The notes: generated by a model not told the origin, from the letters alone. Shown: positions 37,086-50,925, counted from the first letter of the stretch. The stretch: 64,000 bases of DNA from Squalus acanthias (GCA_030390025.1 CM059438.1:63738001-63802000), one strand, 5' to 3'. Made by a program: numbers and translations.

Positions 37086-38058
37086 ACATAAGAACATAAG
37101 AAATAGGAGCAGGAGTAGGCCATTTGGCCCTTCGAGCCTGCTTCGCCATTCAATGAGATCATGGCTGATCTTCTGCCTCAATTCCATTCACCGGCCCTAT
37201 CGCCATATCCCTTGATGCCTTTACTAGTCAGAAATCTATCGACTTCTGTTTTGAATATACCCAATGAGTGAGCCTCCATAGCCCTCTGGGGTAGGGAATT
37301 CCAAAGATTCACCACCCTCTGTGTGAAGAAATTTCTTCTCATCTCAGTCCTGAATGGCCTACCCTTTATCCTGAGGCTGTGGCCCCTGGTTCTAGACTCC
37401 TCAGCCAAGGTAAACATTCTCTCAGCACCCACCCTATCCAGCCCTGTAATAATTTTGTATGCTTCAATGAGATCCCCTCTCATTCTTCTGAATTCAAGAG
37501 AATACAGGTCTAGTTTACTCAATCTCTTCTCATACGACAGTCCCGCCATCCCAGGAATCAATCTCGTGAACCTTCGTTGTACTGCCTCTATGGCAAGTAT
37601 ATCCTTCCTTAAGTAAGGAAACCAAAATTGTACACAGTACTCCAGGTGTGGTCTCACCAAGGCCCTATATAATTGGAGTAAGACTTCTTTACTCCTGTAC
37701 TCAAATCCTCTTGTAATGAAGGCCAGCATACCATTTGCCTTCCTAATGGCTTGCTGCACCTGCACATTCACTTTCAGTGACTCATGTACAAGGACACCCA
37801 GGTCCCTTTGAGCATCTGCATTCCCCAATCTTTCACCATTTAGGAAATACTCTGCCTTTCTGTTTTTTCTACCAAAGTGGATAACTTCATATTTATCCAC
37901 ATTATATTCCATCTGCCATGTTCTCGCCCACTCACTGAGCCTGTCGAGATCCCCTTGAAGCCTCTTCACATCCTCTTCGCAACTGACACTGCCACCAGCA
38001 AATTTGGAAATGTTACATTTAGTCCCCTCATCCAAATCATTGATATAGATTGTGAATG
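37086..38058 (-). mobile_element. CR1 LINE 3' kilobase
   Basis: 285-aa ORF with RPHLEYCVQFW, RRMRGDLIE, FFTQRVVNLWNSLP; CR1 tail. Confidence 0.95.
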
Positions 38059-38399
38059 AGATTGACGCTCCTGAATTATTGTTTGATGCAAGACAGTGGC
38101 CCTTAAATCTGGGTCCATATTGTCCTCAGCGGAGGGCTGTCATTTCTCCCCCCTCCAAAGAGGAATGGCACTCTGCCTCTCTTCCATTTCCAGGTCCTTA
38201 TTGTCACTAGTGCTCAGTTCTTCATCTAGTGCCAACCCTTTTGAGTATCTAACTGATTCCTCATGAGCAGGTCCCTTGGTGCTGGTGTTTGTTGTGTCCT
38301 TGAAGACTAACAGAAGCCTTTGTGGAAGGCAAAATGAGTTGAGTGCTGATTTTGAGTAAAGCAGGCATTTTTCTGTTCGATTCAACGCTTGCAATATTT

Positions 38400-38856
38400 G
38401 CATCAAGTGTCGGTCACCCGTCACCCCTGTGCTCGCTGGCTCCTGGTCCACCAACACCTTGATTTTTAATTCCCCCTTCTCATGTTCGAATCCCTCCATG
38501 GCCTGAACTCTCCCTATCTCTGAAATCTCCTCCAGCCCTACATCCCTCCAAGAGCTCTGTGTTCCTCCAACTCTGGCCTCTTGTGCAACCCCCACTTCTA
38601 TCGCTCCTTCACTGGCGGCCATGCCTTCAGCCATCAAGGCGCTAAGATCTGTCCCCAAAATTTTCGCCTCTCCATCTTTTTCTCCTCCTTTAAGATTCGC
38701 TTAAAACCTACCTTTTTGACCAAGCGTTTGGTCACCTGTCCTAATGTCTCCTTCTTTGGCTTGGTGCCAATTTTTGTCTTGTCACGCTCCTGTGAAGTAC
38801 CTTGGGATGTTTCATTGTGTTACAGGCACTATATAAGTGCAAGTTATTGTTGTTCC
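38400..38856 (+). mobile_element. L2 3' end
   Basis: Similar to 52420-52950; (TTG)n tail. Confidence 0.85.
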
Positions 38857-39039
38857 TAGTTGAACAAGCAGCGGGATGCTTATGAGCGCTGTATGTAAGC
38901 TGCATGGCTTTAGCTGATTGAAGTATATGTGTGCACACCTAGGGGCCCTTCAGCCTTGGCTCTGGCAGCCTGTGCCTAAGCTTTCTGGACTTAGGTAATT
39001 GAGGGGAGAGAGTGTGCTACATGTAGAGATTCATCGGTA

Positions 39040-40054
39040 CAGTAAACTCAGGTTTAAACGGCACTTAATCATCCAGAATTCTTTAATAACCGGCAAAATT
39101 CAGGAGTAGGTTTTGAGGTTTCCGCCCCAGAAGGAACGGGGCAGTAGTGTCCCGAAAATGGTGGGGAGTGACTTACCACTTGTTCCCGCCGTCGCTGTGG
39201 GTGCTGCAATCTTCCCCGCTCAGTATCAGCTGACCGTCCAGCCAAAGAGGAACCCAAAGGGAAGTTTTACTGTATATTTGTGGGGCCAGAATAAGCAGGT
39301 GTGCTCCTTCGGCTTTTACAAAACCAGCTTGGGCCATTGCCACTCCATGTCCCACCTCCCCTCCTGAGTTCGGAACACCCCCACAGAATTACCTTCTTCT
39401 GGTCTGAGGTCGGCCTCGGTAGGTATACCTCTCCGTTATCCGGAATTTTTAATCAACCGGCACCATCCCAGTCCCTTATCTGAGGAAGGATGTCCTTATC
39501 TGAGGAAGGATGTTCTTGCCATGGAGGGAGTTCAGCGAAGATTCACCAGGCTGATACCTGGGATGGCAGGAATGACGTATGAGGAGCGATTGGGTCGATT
39601 GGGCTTATACTCGCTGGAGTTTAGAAGAATGAGAGGGGACCTCATTGAAACTTATAAAATTCAAACAGGACTAGACAGACTAGATGCAGGAAGGATGTTC
39701 CCGATGGCCGGGGAGTCCAGAACCAGGGGTCACAGTCTAAGGATAAGGGGTAAGCTATTTAGGACTGAGATGAGGAGGAATTTCTTCACCCAGAGAGTGG
39801 TGAACCTGTGGAATTCTCTACCACAGAAGGCAGTAGAGGCCAATTCATTAAATATATTCAAGAAGGAGTTAGATATATTTCTTAAAGCTAAAGGGATCAA
39901 GGGATATGGGGAGAAGGCAGGGACAGGGTACTGAATTTGAATGATCAGCCATGATCTCATTGAATGGGCTCGAGGGGCTGAATGGCCTGCTCCTGCTCCT
40001 ATCTTCTATGTTTCTATGTTTCTATGTAGGTGCCGGATACGAAAGAGTTTACTG
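39040..40054. mobile_element. Tc1/mariner-pogo (Tigger-like) non-autonomous element containing a CR1
   Basis: TA|CAGTAAACTC ... GAGTTTACTG|TA. Confidence 0.7.
39472..40027 (+). mobile_element. CR1 3' end with a 20-bp tandem duplication at its 5' junction
   Basis: 137-aa ORF2 C-terminus; (TTCTATGT)n tail; CCTTATCTGAGGAAGGATGT twice. Confidence 0.95.
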
Positions 40055-41284
40055 TACATTGTTTCAGAATCCCATAAATATGATGATGGCTTTCTGCATG
40101 TGTCACATGCCTAAGGTGACCAAAATAAGAATTTCATATAATGGGTAAAGGAATTTCTCCAAACACATTTACACCTTAGTTATTATTTTCACAAAAAAAA
40201 AAATTCTACCCTCAGGTTTGGGAAGCACTGGAGGGAAAGAAAGATTTATGTCTCGTACTGATCCTGTCAGTCCAGTGTCCTATGATGTCACGTTGCTGAG
40301 AATTACATTTCAAATAAGAGGAAAAGGACAACAGATGAGACATTGAACAGCAAATTGCAAAAAGGAGGGAAAACGGCAGACAAATGCAAAATGGAGCGAT
40401 CAAAAATGAGGAGAGATTGTGATCAACAGTAATCAAATTTAACAAACAGGAAGTCACTGAAGGGCAGAAATCAAAAGCGGCAAAGACAGATCGATAGTGA
40501 CAGAATTACTAGACAAACGTAGGAAATATCAGTTTCAGAGAAAAATTTTGATAACAAAATGAAGATAAATAAATCATTGAGATAACAGTAGCAGAAGAGG
40601 GACCATTTTAGAGTGCCACGTTGCTTCATAGAGAAGGGAAGAACTCAAGAAATGATAAGTCATAATGTTGACAACAAGGGGTCACCCTTAATCTACTCAA
40701 TTTTAGCTATAAAGTTCAAGATATTCTCTCCCCATTATAGATGAAAGATTCAGCCTTATGTACTGGTGTGTTTATGTTTTCATTCCCCCATAAGCAGAAC
40801 ATACTGAAGGTTTTACAGTTTTTTATGATTGAACAGATGGGTATGTCACAGGTGGCAATGGGGACTTGCTTGGAGCAGAGAGCCAACTTGTATTTAAACA
40901 ACTGTGGTCAGCGTGGATCCACCGTAGTCCTTCTACACTTCCATTAATGAGTGGTGAAAAGAATATGGTTGTCAGACAAGAGAATTGACCTGAAGCCTGG
41001 TTTAGCTAAGGATTTCAAAAATAGATGAATTGAAAAAAATTGTGAGGGATTTGCTAATGAAAGAAACTTTTATACTAATCTTTGGCTGCCAGTTTTTGCA
41101 GGCCAGGTTCTGCTAATAGCTGACATGGGCTGCCTCACTCCTGACCTTATAACAGAGGGAAGGTCATTGGTAAAGCAACTGAAGATGATTGATCAAGAAC
41201 ATCCCCTGCAGGGATATCCTGTTCCTGCTGACAACGCGTATTTGGAAAATTACTTCTGTAGTATAAAAGGGCCTTCGATTTTTA

Positions 41285-42738
41285 TATATTTTTTATTTAT
41301 TCATTCACGGGATGTGGGCGTCGCTGGCAAGGCCAGCATTTATTGCCCATCCCTAATTGCCCTTGAGAAGGTGGTGGTGAGCCGCCTTCTTGAACCGCTG
41401 CAGTCCGTGTGGTGAAGGTACTCCCACAGTGCTGTTAGGTAAGGAGTTCCAGGATTTTGACACAACGATGAAGAAGGAACGGCGATATATTTCCAAGTCA
41501 GGATGATGTGTGACTTGGAGGGGAACTTGGAGGTGGTGCTGCTCCCATGCGCCTGCTGCCCTTGTCTTTCTAGGTGGTAAAGTTCGCGAGTTTGGGAGGT
41601 GCTGTTGAAGAAGCCTTGGCGAGTTGCTGCAGTGCATCTTGTAGATGGTGCACACTGCAGCCACGGTATGTCGGTGGTGGAGGGAGTGAATGTTTAAATT
41701 GGTGGATCGGGCGCCGATTAAGCAGGCTGCTTTGTTCTGGATGGTGTTGAGCTTCTTGAATGTTGTTGGAGCTGCACTCGTCCAGGCAAGTGGAGAGTAT
41801 TCTATCACACTCCTGACTTGTGCCTTGAGGGTGTGGAAAGTCTTTGGGGAGTCAGGAAGTGAGACACCCGTCGCAGAATACCCAGCCTCTGACCTGCTCT
41901 TGTAGCCACAGTATTTATGTTGCTGGTCCAGTTAAGTTTTTCATCAATGGTGACTCCCAGGATGTTGATGATGAAGGATTCGACGATGGTAATACCACTG
42001 AATGTCAAGGGGAGGTGGTTCGACTCTCTTGTTGGAGATAGTCATTGCCTGGCACTTGTGTGGTGCGAATGTTACCTGCCACTTATCAGCCCAAGCCTGA
42101 ATGTTGTCCAGGTCTTGCTGCATACGCTGTGAATGGAACTGAACATCGTGCAATCATCAGCGAACATCCCCACTTCTGACGTTATGATGGAGGGTAGGTT
42201 ATTGATGAAGCAGTTGAAGATGGTTGGGCCTAGGACACTGCCCTGAGGAACTCCTGCAGCGATGTCCTGGGGCTGAGATGATTGACCTCCAACAAGCACA
42301 ATCATCTTCCTTTGTGCTAGGTATGACTCCAGCCAGTGGAAAGTTTTCCCCCTGATTCCCATTGACTTCAGTTTTACTAGGGCTCCTTGGTGCCACACTC
42401 GGTCAAATACTGCCCTGATGTCAAGGGCAGTCACTCTCACCTCACCTCTGGAATTCAGCCCTTTTGTCCATGTTTGGGTCAAGGCTGTAATGAGGTCTGG
42501 AGCTGAGTGATCCTCGAGGAACCCAAACTGAGCATCGGTGAGCAGGTTATTGGTGAGTAAATACCACTTGATAGCACTCTCGATGACACCTTCCATCACT
42601 TTGCTGATGATTGACAGCAAACTGATGGGGCGGTAATTGGCTGGGTTGGATTTGTCCTGCTTTATGTGGACAGGACATACCTGGGCAGTTTTCCACATTG
42701 TCGGGTAGATGCCAGTGTTGTAGTTATACTGGAACATC
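41285..42738 (-). mobile_element. LINE of the CR1/Jockey group (second family), RT to 3' end
   Basis: [46 protein letters not shown]-rich tail. Confidence 0.92.
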
Positions 42739-43331
42739 TTAAGATGCCAAAATAAACCTGCAAGAATTAACTGAACATTTTAGAAGAGTCAAATGATCTC
42801 TGGTTGGCAAACCCTTAAAATATTTGGTAATTACAAAATGGAGATTGTAGGCCATGGACAACTTCACATTTAGCTGGCACCAGCCTCCGTGACACCAACA
42901 ATGTCCCAAAATTTTGTACAAATTAATACCACTTGAACTATAAACATTTGAATCCGAACCCAAATACTTTTAATCATAGATTCAATTGAGAATCATTTTT
43001 GATCAAAGATTTTTCTGCTCAGAAAGCAGATAAAGTCATTTTGTGCAGTCTAATGCTAAATCATAGATGCCACATGATTGTTCATGAATCCAACCTGCCC
43101 TCGCCTGCACCAGATGCTCGGCTTTGCCCCATTTAACACTCGAAAAACGGATGCAACGCACACCAATTTCTCCCCCGTCAACATGACTGACTTCTACATG
43201 ATTGTGATCAGTGCAACTCATGACTGGCTTGGGAGGGGAATGACCACAGCAGACAGCAAACATTTTAATCCCCTCCCTCAACTGTGGAAAATCTCACTTT
43301 CAGTTTGTCAAACAGTCCAGGGTGAAGGCCA

Positions 43332-43431
43332 TGTTCTGACGAAAGGTCATCGGCCCGAAACGTTAACTCTCTTTCTCTCTCCACGGATGCTGCCTGACCT
43401 GCTGAGTGTTTCCAGCATTTTCTGTCCTTAT
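43332..43431 (+). mobile_element. 100-bp PLE-derived insertion with hammerhead motif
   Basis: gtt CTGACGA aaggtc-atc-ggccc GAAACGT T aac; TSD TGAAGGCCA at 43323-43331 and 43432-43440. Confidence 0.75.
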
Positions 43432-44329
43432 TGAAGGCCACCTTAACTGAATGAGGTGTGTTTGAGTCCTCATACCTTCTGATTGTGAATCAGGCGTCCA
43501 ATAAACTGAGCAACCTGGCTGCCTTTTGTACTACAAACAGGCCAATAAAGCGCTGACCTTTTAATACATTCTTTCAAATGCCCTTGACAGATGTTATTAT
43601 ACTTTACTTGTGGCCCGACAGTGAGTCTACATCAATTGTGTTAAGTATAGGAAACATGATTGCAAAAAGGTTATACATTTCCAGACAAATGGCAAATGAC
43701 TACACTGCATTGAAAAGTTTCCCTCACATTTTTTAATCATGTTCAAGTGGAAAGTGATGCAATTATATAATAGAAATCTCATTGCTATGCAATCTGCAGT
43801 GAAACAGAAAGAACATCCAATAGGTTATCTTATGTATCTGATTCCTTATATTTACTGCATTACCATCATTTCTCCTGAATAAGCTCACAGGAAAAGTATG
43901 AATAAAATATTACTTCTATTTCATCAACATTCATTGAAAAGGGGGGAAAACACATCTTTAAATAAAAGGTGACGTCAGAGCTTACTACAAAGTTGTTGCA
44001 ATTTATGAAAATATGTTTGGGTTTTATTGCATGATTTCATTCAATACATCCTGGGTGACAGGGAATGGGAAGTGTGCAAGGTTGAAAATCTGAATGACCA
44101 ATTAATGCTTGGCTATTCTCCAAAACACCAACTGTATCTCCTTTTTTTTTTAACAGAGTGACCATCCGTACTATCTGTGCACCAACAGGAATCATTACAG
44201 CCAAAGGTACAGAATAAGGTCATCAACACTGTTGATCTGTCTCTCATTTTTTGAATGTCGCTGGAGTATCAGTATCTAATAAAGGAGGCCATCTCATCTA
44301 TAGCGTACCTTCACAGTTAGCTTTAGAAG

Positions 44330-44738
44330 TGTCAGCTCGACTCAGTTGGTATCACTGTTACATATGAGTCAGAAGATTATGTGTTCAACCCCACCAAACC
44401 CTGTGCACTTATACAGGCTGATACTTCAGTGCAGTGCTGAGGGAGTGCAGCATTGTCAGAGGTGCCAGGTTTTAGACGGGATGTGAAACCCAGGCCCCGT
44501 CTGCCTGCTCATTGGGACTTGACAAATTCCCTAGGGCTCTTTTGAACAGCAGAGCATTCTTCTGGTGTCCTGGCCGCCATTTATCCCTCAACCAACACCA
44601 TCTTAAAAAGGTCAGATCATCTGTTTATTCATTCATTTGCTGGTTGTGGCATTGCTGTGTGCATGTTGGGTCCCATGTTTGCCTGCACAATACAAGTACT
44701 TCATTGGTTGTTAATGCTTTGGGACATCCTGAGGATGA
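44330..44738 (+). mobile_element. Deu-SINE
   Basis: Similarity to the other copies. Confidence 0.8.
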
Positions 44739-44789
44739 AGTCCATCCCACACCACCACCTGTTGATCCCCTTATTTTAAGGAACACTAA

Positions 44790-45548
44790 GGCCCCGATAT
44801 TCACTGGGGCGGGATTTCCAAGCCGGGGTGGTGGTGGGGGGCAGGGAGGAGTTCTGGTCTGTGGAATTTTAACTCCACAGCATGCATGTTTTTTATTAAC
44901 AGGATCCCCGCCTGGAAGACATCCTGATTGACAGGCTTGGCTCCCTTTCGGGTGGGGAACCCTCTAGCCCAGGAGCAGGTAGCTCAGGGTAGAGATCATT
45001 GGGGGGCGGGTACAGCGTGGTTTGGAGGGTCGGGAGGTGATCCCGGGGGTCAGAGAGAAATCGGGGGCAGAGATGAGGGGCCGGGGGGATCGGTGATCGC
45101 ACGGGGGTCGGTGATCACGCGGGGGGTCAATGATTGCAGGGGGGTTGGTGAGCATGGGGTGGGGGGTCCGATTGCATGGAGTGAGAAACAGATTAGCTTG
45201 GTGGGCCGGGGCGGGGGGAAGCACTCCTGCTCCTCCTGGCCCACAAGCAGTGCTGGTAAAGCACTTACCTCTTCCACGCAGCATTCCTCGCCTCCCTTTA
45301 ACTGCCCGGTTTCCCGAGGTCAGCGTTAAACCTGGAAGACTGATAAAATCTGAGGCACGCAGCCTCACAATATTTAACTGAGCAACCTGCCTCCTGAGAG
45401 TGGGTCAGTTGTTCCGCCCTCCCATCACGCCTGCGTTAAACCGGAAATGGGCGGATTCGAGGCGGGTTGGGTTCAAGTTTGTGATTGTTTACATTTTAAC
45501 ATTCCACCCGACCCAAACCCACCCATTTTTGGGGTTAACATAACCCCC
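44790..45548. mobile_element. Harbinger-type MITE
   Basis: TAA on both sides; reverse-complement homolog of the 15717 and 47530 elements. Confidence 0.85.
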
Positions 45549-45649
45549 TAAGTTCCTTTCTCCAATCAGCCTGAAACTAAATGCCAGCAGTGTTCTTTCA
45601 TATCTGTTGATAACAGCTCCCTGTTAAATATCGATCCAGCTCTCCAAAG

Positions 45650-46612
45650 CAACTCTCAGTTAAAAGCGCGAAAACTGACAGCGCATCAGGAACCTGCCAT
45701 CGTCCTGCTGACTTCCGCCTTTAACTCGGGCGCGTTTCGAGGTGCGTCACGGACCCGCTCGGGACAGGTGGGCAACCTCATTGAGGTACTTAACCACTCA
45801 TCTATGGACCCTTAACTGCCTTTTTAACCTCAGGTTTGGGCTTTAACTGGTTGAGCATGGGATTCATGCACCTCGGGAACCTCGTCTGTGAAGGGGCGGC
45901 GGAAGCTCAGTGCTATTTGTGCAATTTAATTAAGTGACAGCTGGAAGACGCACATAAATACTCAGACCTTACACCTGCTTCCTTGCCTAAGGGTAAGGCT
46001 CAGTCTGACACCATTTTGTGCAGAGATTTAGCTTTCAGGAGTTTCTGCAACATCGGAAGCCACTCTCACCACATTGCTAGTCACTCTCACTACATTGGAG
46101 GATTGTGCCTCTGATCTCCACTTTACCTGGCATCTATTAGATCAAATTGAGAGGTCGCACAACACTATCTATTAGATCAGCATGGGTGCCACTTTTGCTG
46201 TCTCACCTTGGACCTCTGAATCGGACCAAGATGAGCCCCACCACCAACAGCACCAGCCACACCAGCAGCAGCAGCCACAACACCAGCAGCAGCAGCAACC
46301 ACACCAGCAACCTTCTCCTCAATGACCTGATGCTCCACAGAAGAGAGGAGGCCAGCACTGGGGTGCATTGCGTCGGAGGTGATACCAACATGGGGTATAA
46401 AGGCAGAGGATGAGTTTCCTGGACATGACTTCAGGAGGCTATCACGCTGGGTCATCACAGACATTTGTAGCTTGCTCAAACAAGACCTGCTGCCCAGAGG
46501 ACCTGGTGGACATGCCTTACCAATGGTTGTCAAAGTCACCACCACCCTCAACTTCTTTGCCTCAGGCTCCTTCCAGGGATCTGCAGCAGACATTTGCAGG
46601 ATCTCGCAGTTG
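45650..46612 (+). mobile_element. Harbinger transposon left part with HARBI1-like transposase N-terminal remnant
   Basis: MGA..WTSESDQ plus Q/H-rich tract; [42 protein letters not shown]. Confidence 0.85.
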
Positions 46613-47525
46613 GCCAGTCCTACTCACGTCCCCTCCCTCACCTCTTTTTCCGGTATGTTGATGACTGTATCAGTACCGCTTCCTGCTCTTGTCCCAAACT
46701 GGGAAATTTCATCAACTTTGCTTCCAATTTCCACCCCTCCCTCGCCTTCACATGGTCCATCTCCGACTCTTCCCTTCCCTACCTCAACTTCTCTATCTCC
46801 ATTTCTGGGGATAGGCTGTCAACTACCTTGATTACACTTCCTCCCACCTCGCTTCCTGTAAGGACTCTATTCTATTCTTCCAGTTTCTCTGTCTCTGTCG
46901 CATCTGTTCTGATAATGGCACCTTCCACACCAGTGCCTCCAATATGTCTTCCTTTTTCCTCAACTAAGGATTCCCTTCCTCCATGGTTGACAGGGCCCTC
47001 GACCATGTCCGTCCCATTTCCCACACTTCTGCCCTCACCCCTTTTCTTCCCACACAGAACCACAATACTTTCCCCCTTGTCCTCACCTTCCATCCCACTA
47101 GCCTCCACATTCAATGGATCATCCTCCACCATTTCTGCCACCTCCAGTGCGATGCCACAAATAAACACATCTCCCTCTCCCCTCTCCCTCAGCATTCCGA
47201 AGGGACCATTCCCTCTGCGACACCCTGGTCCACTCTTCCAACACCCGCTCACCTTCCCATGGCACCTTCCCGTGCAAGTGCAGGAGATGCAACACGTGCC
47301 CTTTCACCTCCTCCCTTCCCACCATCCAGGGCCCCAAACACTCCTTCCAGGTGAAACAGCGATTTACTTGTAGTTCTTTCAATGTAGAATACTGTATTCG
47401 CTGCTCATGATGCGGTCTCTACACTGGGGAGACCAAATGCAGGTTGGGTGATTGCTTTGCTGAACATCTCCTTTCAGTTTACAAGTGTGACCCCGACCTT
47501 CTGGTCGCTTGCTATTTTAATGATC
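46613..47525 (+). mobile_element. Decayed PLE of a second family (RT end plus GIY-YIG)
   Basis: [36 protein letters not shown]. Confidence 0.85.
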
Positions 47526-47529
47526 CGTC

Positions 47530-48366
47530 CTTAATTTTAACCCCCAAAAACAGCTGGGTTTGGGTCGGGTGGGATATTAAAATGTTAAAATATTAAAATG
47601 TAAAACATTAAAATGTAAAAAATCACAAACCCAAATCCAGCCCGCCCTGAACCCAACCACTTCCGGTTTTATCAGAGGCGGGATGAGAGGCGGACAACCA
47701 ACCCGCTCCCAGGAGGCGGGTTGGTTATTTAAATATTATAATGAGGCTGCCTGCCTTACATTTTATCCGTCTTCCAGGTTTAATCCTGGCCGGCCTGGTT
47801 TCCCGGGCCTTGGGAAACCCTCCATCTATAGTAAGGCGAGGACTGCTCATGGAAGAGGTAAGGGCCTTTCCATCGCTGCTTGTGGGCCAGGAGGAGCCCC
47901 GGGCCCCCAAGCTAACCTGCTTCCCACCACAGGATTGCGGACCCCCCCATGATCTCTGACCCCCTCCTGGATTGGACCCTCCCCCCCACCGGGATTGGAT
48001 CCCCCCGCCCCACCCTGAATCAGAGCCCCCCCCCACCCCCAAAATTGGACACCCCATGATCTTGGATTCCCCCCCCCCCAGGATCGGACCCCCCACAGGA
48101 TTGGACCACCCCCAGGATTGGACCACCCCCAGGATTCAGACCCACCCCTACCTGCTCCTGTGGCCGCGGGCCTCCTCCGGAGCGTTCCCCGCCCGCCAGG
48201 GAGCCAAGCCTGTCACTCAGGCTGGCTTCTGGGCGGGGAATCAGCTGGGGCTGGGGGGGGGGGGGAACGCCTGCTGTGGCGTTAAAACTGCACAGTATGT
48301 GGGGAAACCCGGACTTTCGGATTTCCCGACCACAAATCCTCCCCCTCGCTCGGAAAACCAGCCCCA
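47530..48366. mobile_element. Harbinger-type MITE with internal C-rich minisatellite
   Basis: Same family as 44790; CCCCCAGGATTGGA repeats ~47930-48140. Confidence 0.75.
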
Positions 48367-49584
48367 GTCAAGATCTCTTTCCTCGCTATTTCCAGGTGGG
48401 AAGTCTGCAGACATCTCAGAGTAGCTCCATAGTAACAGTAGCGTTGATCTGGAGATGCGGGATCCAAGGAAAGCAGGCTCAGCTGGGAAAGGCAGAGGAG
48501 GATTTGAGATTTTTCTTCCATAAAATGAGTGGGTACTTTGAAGTAGAAGTACTCTGTGTCAACTCTTCTTCTTTGAATAGTTTAGGAAATTTCTGGCATT
48601 CAGCCTAGATTCCACTTCTTTTGCAATGTTTGAGTTGGGGAGGAGAGGTAAGGCATGATATGTAAATTAATGAAATGCCTCACATATGGACGCACAACAA
48701 CCAGATTCCAGACATGAAACAGCGAATGCTAGAAATGTGCAACATGTTCCTCTAAAAATAAAAGAGGATAGGTTACTGTTCTGAATCTATCCATTCATTG
48801 GAACTTGACTGACCTGCACGTTTCCAGCATTGGCTGTTTTTATTTCAGATTTCCAACCACTGAGGTTTTTATATTTTCTTTACTTCATTGTGCAACCAGC
48901 CTTGATTCCTTTTTGAACCCAACTACGCTGTGTCCAGATCAACACCACTGTTTGCAGGTAACATTCTTTGCAGTTCGTTTGTAGTCTTGGGCTTTCAGAG
49001 GCATTCCGTTTTCCCAGTCTTGTGTTCAAACGCAGTGCCTCAGATCTGTTCACACTCATCCATATTTCAGACATGCCAGGAAGACAAAAATTGATAAATT
49101 GATCAGGATTTATCAGAATCCCTCAGAAATGTACAATAAAAGTAAACTCTTGGGGAAATGGATTGTGTTGAATGCCAGAAAGCATTCAATAATCAAAGGT
49201 TTTCTTTATAATTAATAACAAGGGAGATGAGAATTATGGATTCTCACTGCAATAGAGGCAGAAGAAGATAAATGCCCCAGAGTGAGACAGTGTCAATAAT
49301 GAACTTCTTACAATTTTATTGTGCTGTTCTTTGTAGCTGAAGTTTTCAAAAGCTATCAGTTTTTACATTTTCTTTTGAAATGGAACTTTGACTTAAAATG
49401 ATTTTTTAATGCTGTTTATATCCAAGAGCTGCAATGACACCATGCAATATTCCATGAGGCCCTGTCTGCCTTCCCATATAAATGTAAAAGATCCCATGAC
49501 ATTATATTAGGGCTTTTAATATAAAGATTGCATTGGTTGTACAGGAACCACAGTACAACCTCCATTATCTGCCATCTCACCATA

Positions 49585-50925
49585 GCATGTGGCTCAGTGG
49601 TAGCACTCTCAAAGGTAGCCTTTGAGTCAGAAGGTTGGAGGTTCAACTCCTATTCCAGAGACTTGAGCACATAGTCTAGGCTGACACTTCAGTGCAGCAC
49701 TGAGGGAGTGCTGGACCGTCAGATGTGCCGTCTTTCAGTTGAGACCTTAAACCATTCATCATAGAATCATAGAAATTTACAGCATGGAAGGAGGCCATTC
49801 GGCCCATCGTGTCCGCGCCGGTCGACAAAGAGCTATCCAGCCTAATCCCACTTGCCAGCTTTTGGTCCGTAGCCTTGTAGGTTCGGCAAGTTTTTTTGAA
49901 TGTGGTGAGAGTTTCTGCCTCTACCACTCTTTCAGGCAGTGAGTTCCAGACCACCACCACCCTCTGGGTGAAAAATTTCCCCCTCAAATCCCTTCTAAAC
50001 CTCCTACCTTTTACTTTAAATCTATGCCCCTTGGTTGTTGACCTCTCTGTCAAGGGAAACAGTTCCTTTCTATCCACTCTATCTAGGCCCCTCATAATTT
50101 TATACAATTAGGTCTCCCCTCAGCCTCCTCTGTTCCAAAGAAAACAACCCCAGCCTATCCAATCTTTCCTCATAGCTAAAATTCTCCAATCCAGGCAACA
50201 TCCTCGTAAATCTCCTCTGTACCCTCTCTAGTGCAATCACATCTTTCCTGTAATGTGGTGACCAGAACTGCACACAGTATTCTAGCTGCAGCCTAACTAG
50301 TGTTCTATACAGTTCAAGCATAACCTCCCTGCTCTTATATTCGATGCCTCGGCTAATAAAGGCAAGTATCCCGTATGCCTTCTTAACCACCTTATCTACC
50401 TGCCGTGCTACCTTCAGGGATCTGTGGACATGTACTCCAAGGTCCCTCTGTTCCTCTGCACTTATCAGTGTCCTACATTTATTGTGTATTCCCTTGCCTT
50501 GTTAGCCCTCCCCAAATGCATTACCTCACACTTCTCCGGATTGAATTCCATTTGCCACTATTCTGTCCACCTGACCAGTCCATTGATATCTTCCTGCAGT
50601 CTGCAGCTTTCTTCTTTATTATCCACCACACGGCCAATTTTTGTATCATCAGCAAACTTCTTAATCATACCCCCTACATTCAAGTCTAGATCATTGATGT
50701 ATATCACAAAAAGCAAGGGACCCAATACTGAGCCCTGTGGAACCCCACTCCATCTGCCTTTTTAGGTCCCATGGAACTATGTCAAAGAAGAGTTAGGGAG
50801 TTCTCCCCGGTGTCCTGGCCAACATTTATCCCTCAATCAACATCACTGAAACAGATTATTTGAGCATTTATCTAATTGCTGTTTGTGGAACCTTGTTAGT
50901 GCAAAAATTGGTTATCATGTTTGTT
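49585..50925 (+). mobile_element. Deu-SINE split by a CR1 insertion
   Basis: Head ~49585-49753; remainder ~50751-50925. Confidence 0.8.
49757..50750 (-). mobile_element. CR1 LINE 3' kilobase
   Basis: LEYCVQFWSPH, FFTQRVV..WNSLP; tail reads CATAGAAT on +. Confidence 0.95.

Noticed and set aside
46230..46312. Host polyglutamine tract
   Set aside because: Lies in the N-terminus of a dead Harbinger ORF and is followed by a stop.
46379..46612. Host HARBI1 gene (and host Myb/SANT gene at 13.5 kb)
   Set aside because: Frameshifted, truncated and embedded in transposon sequence.
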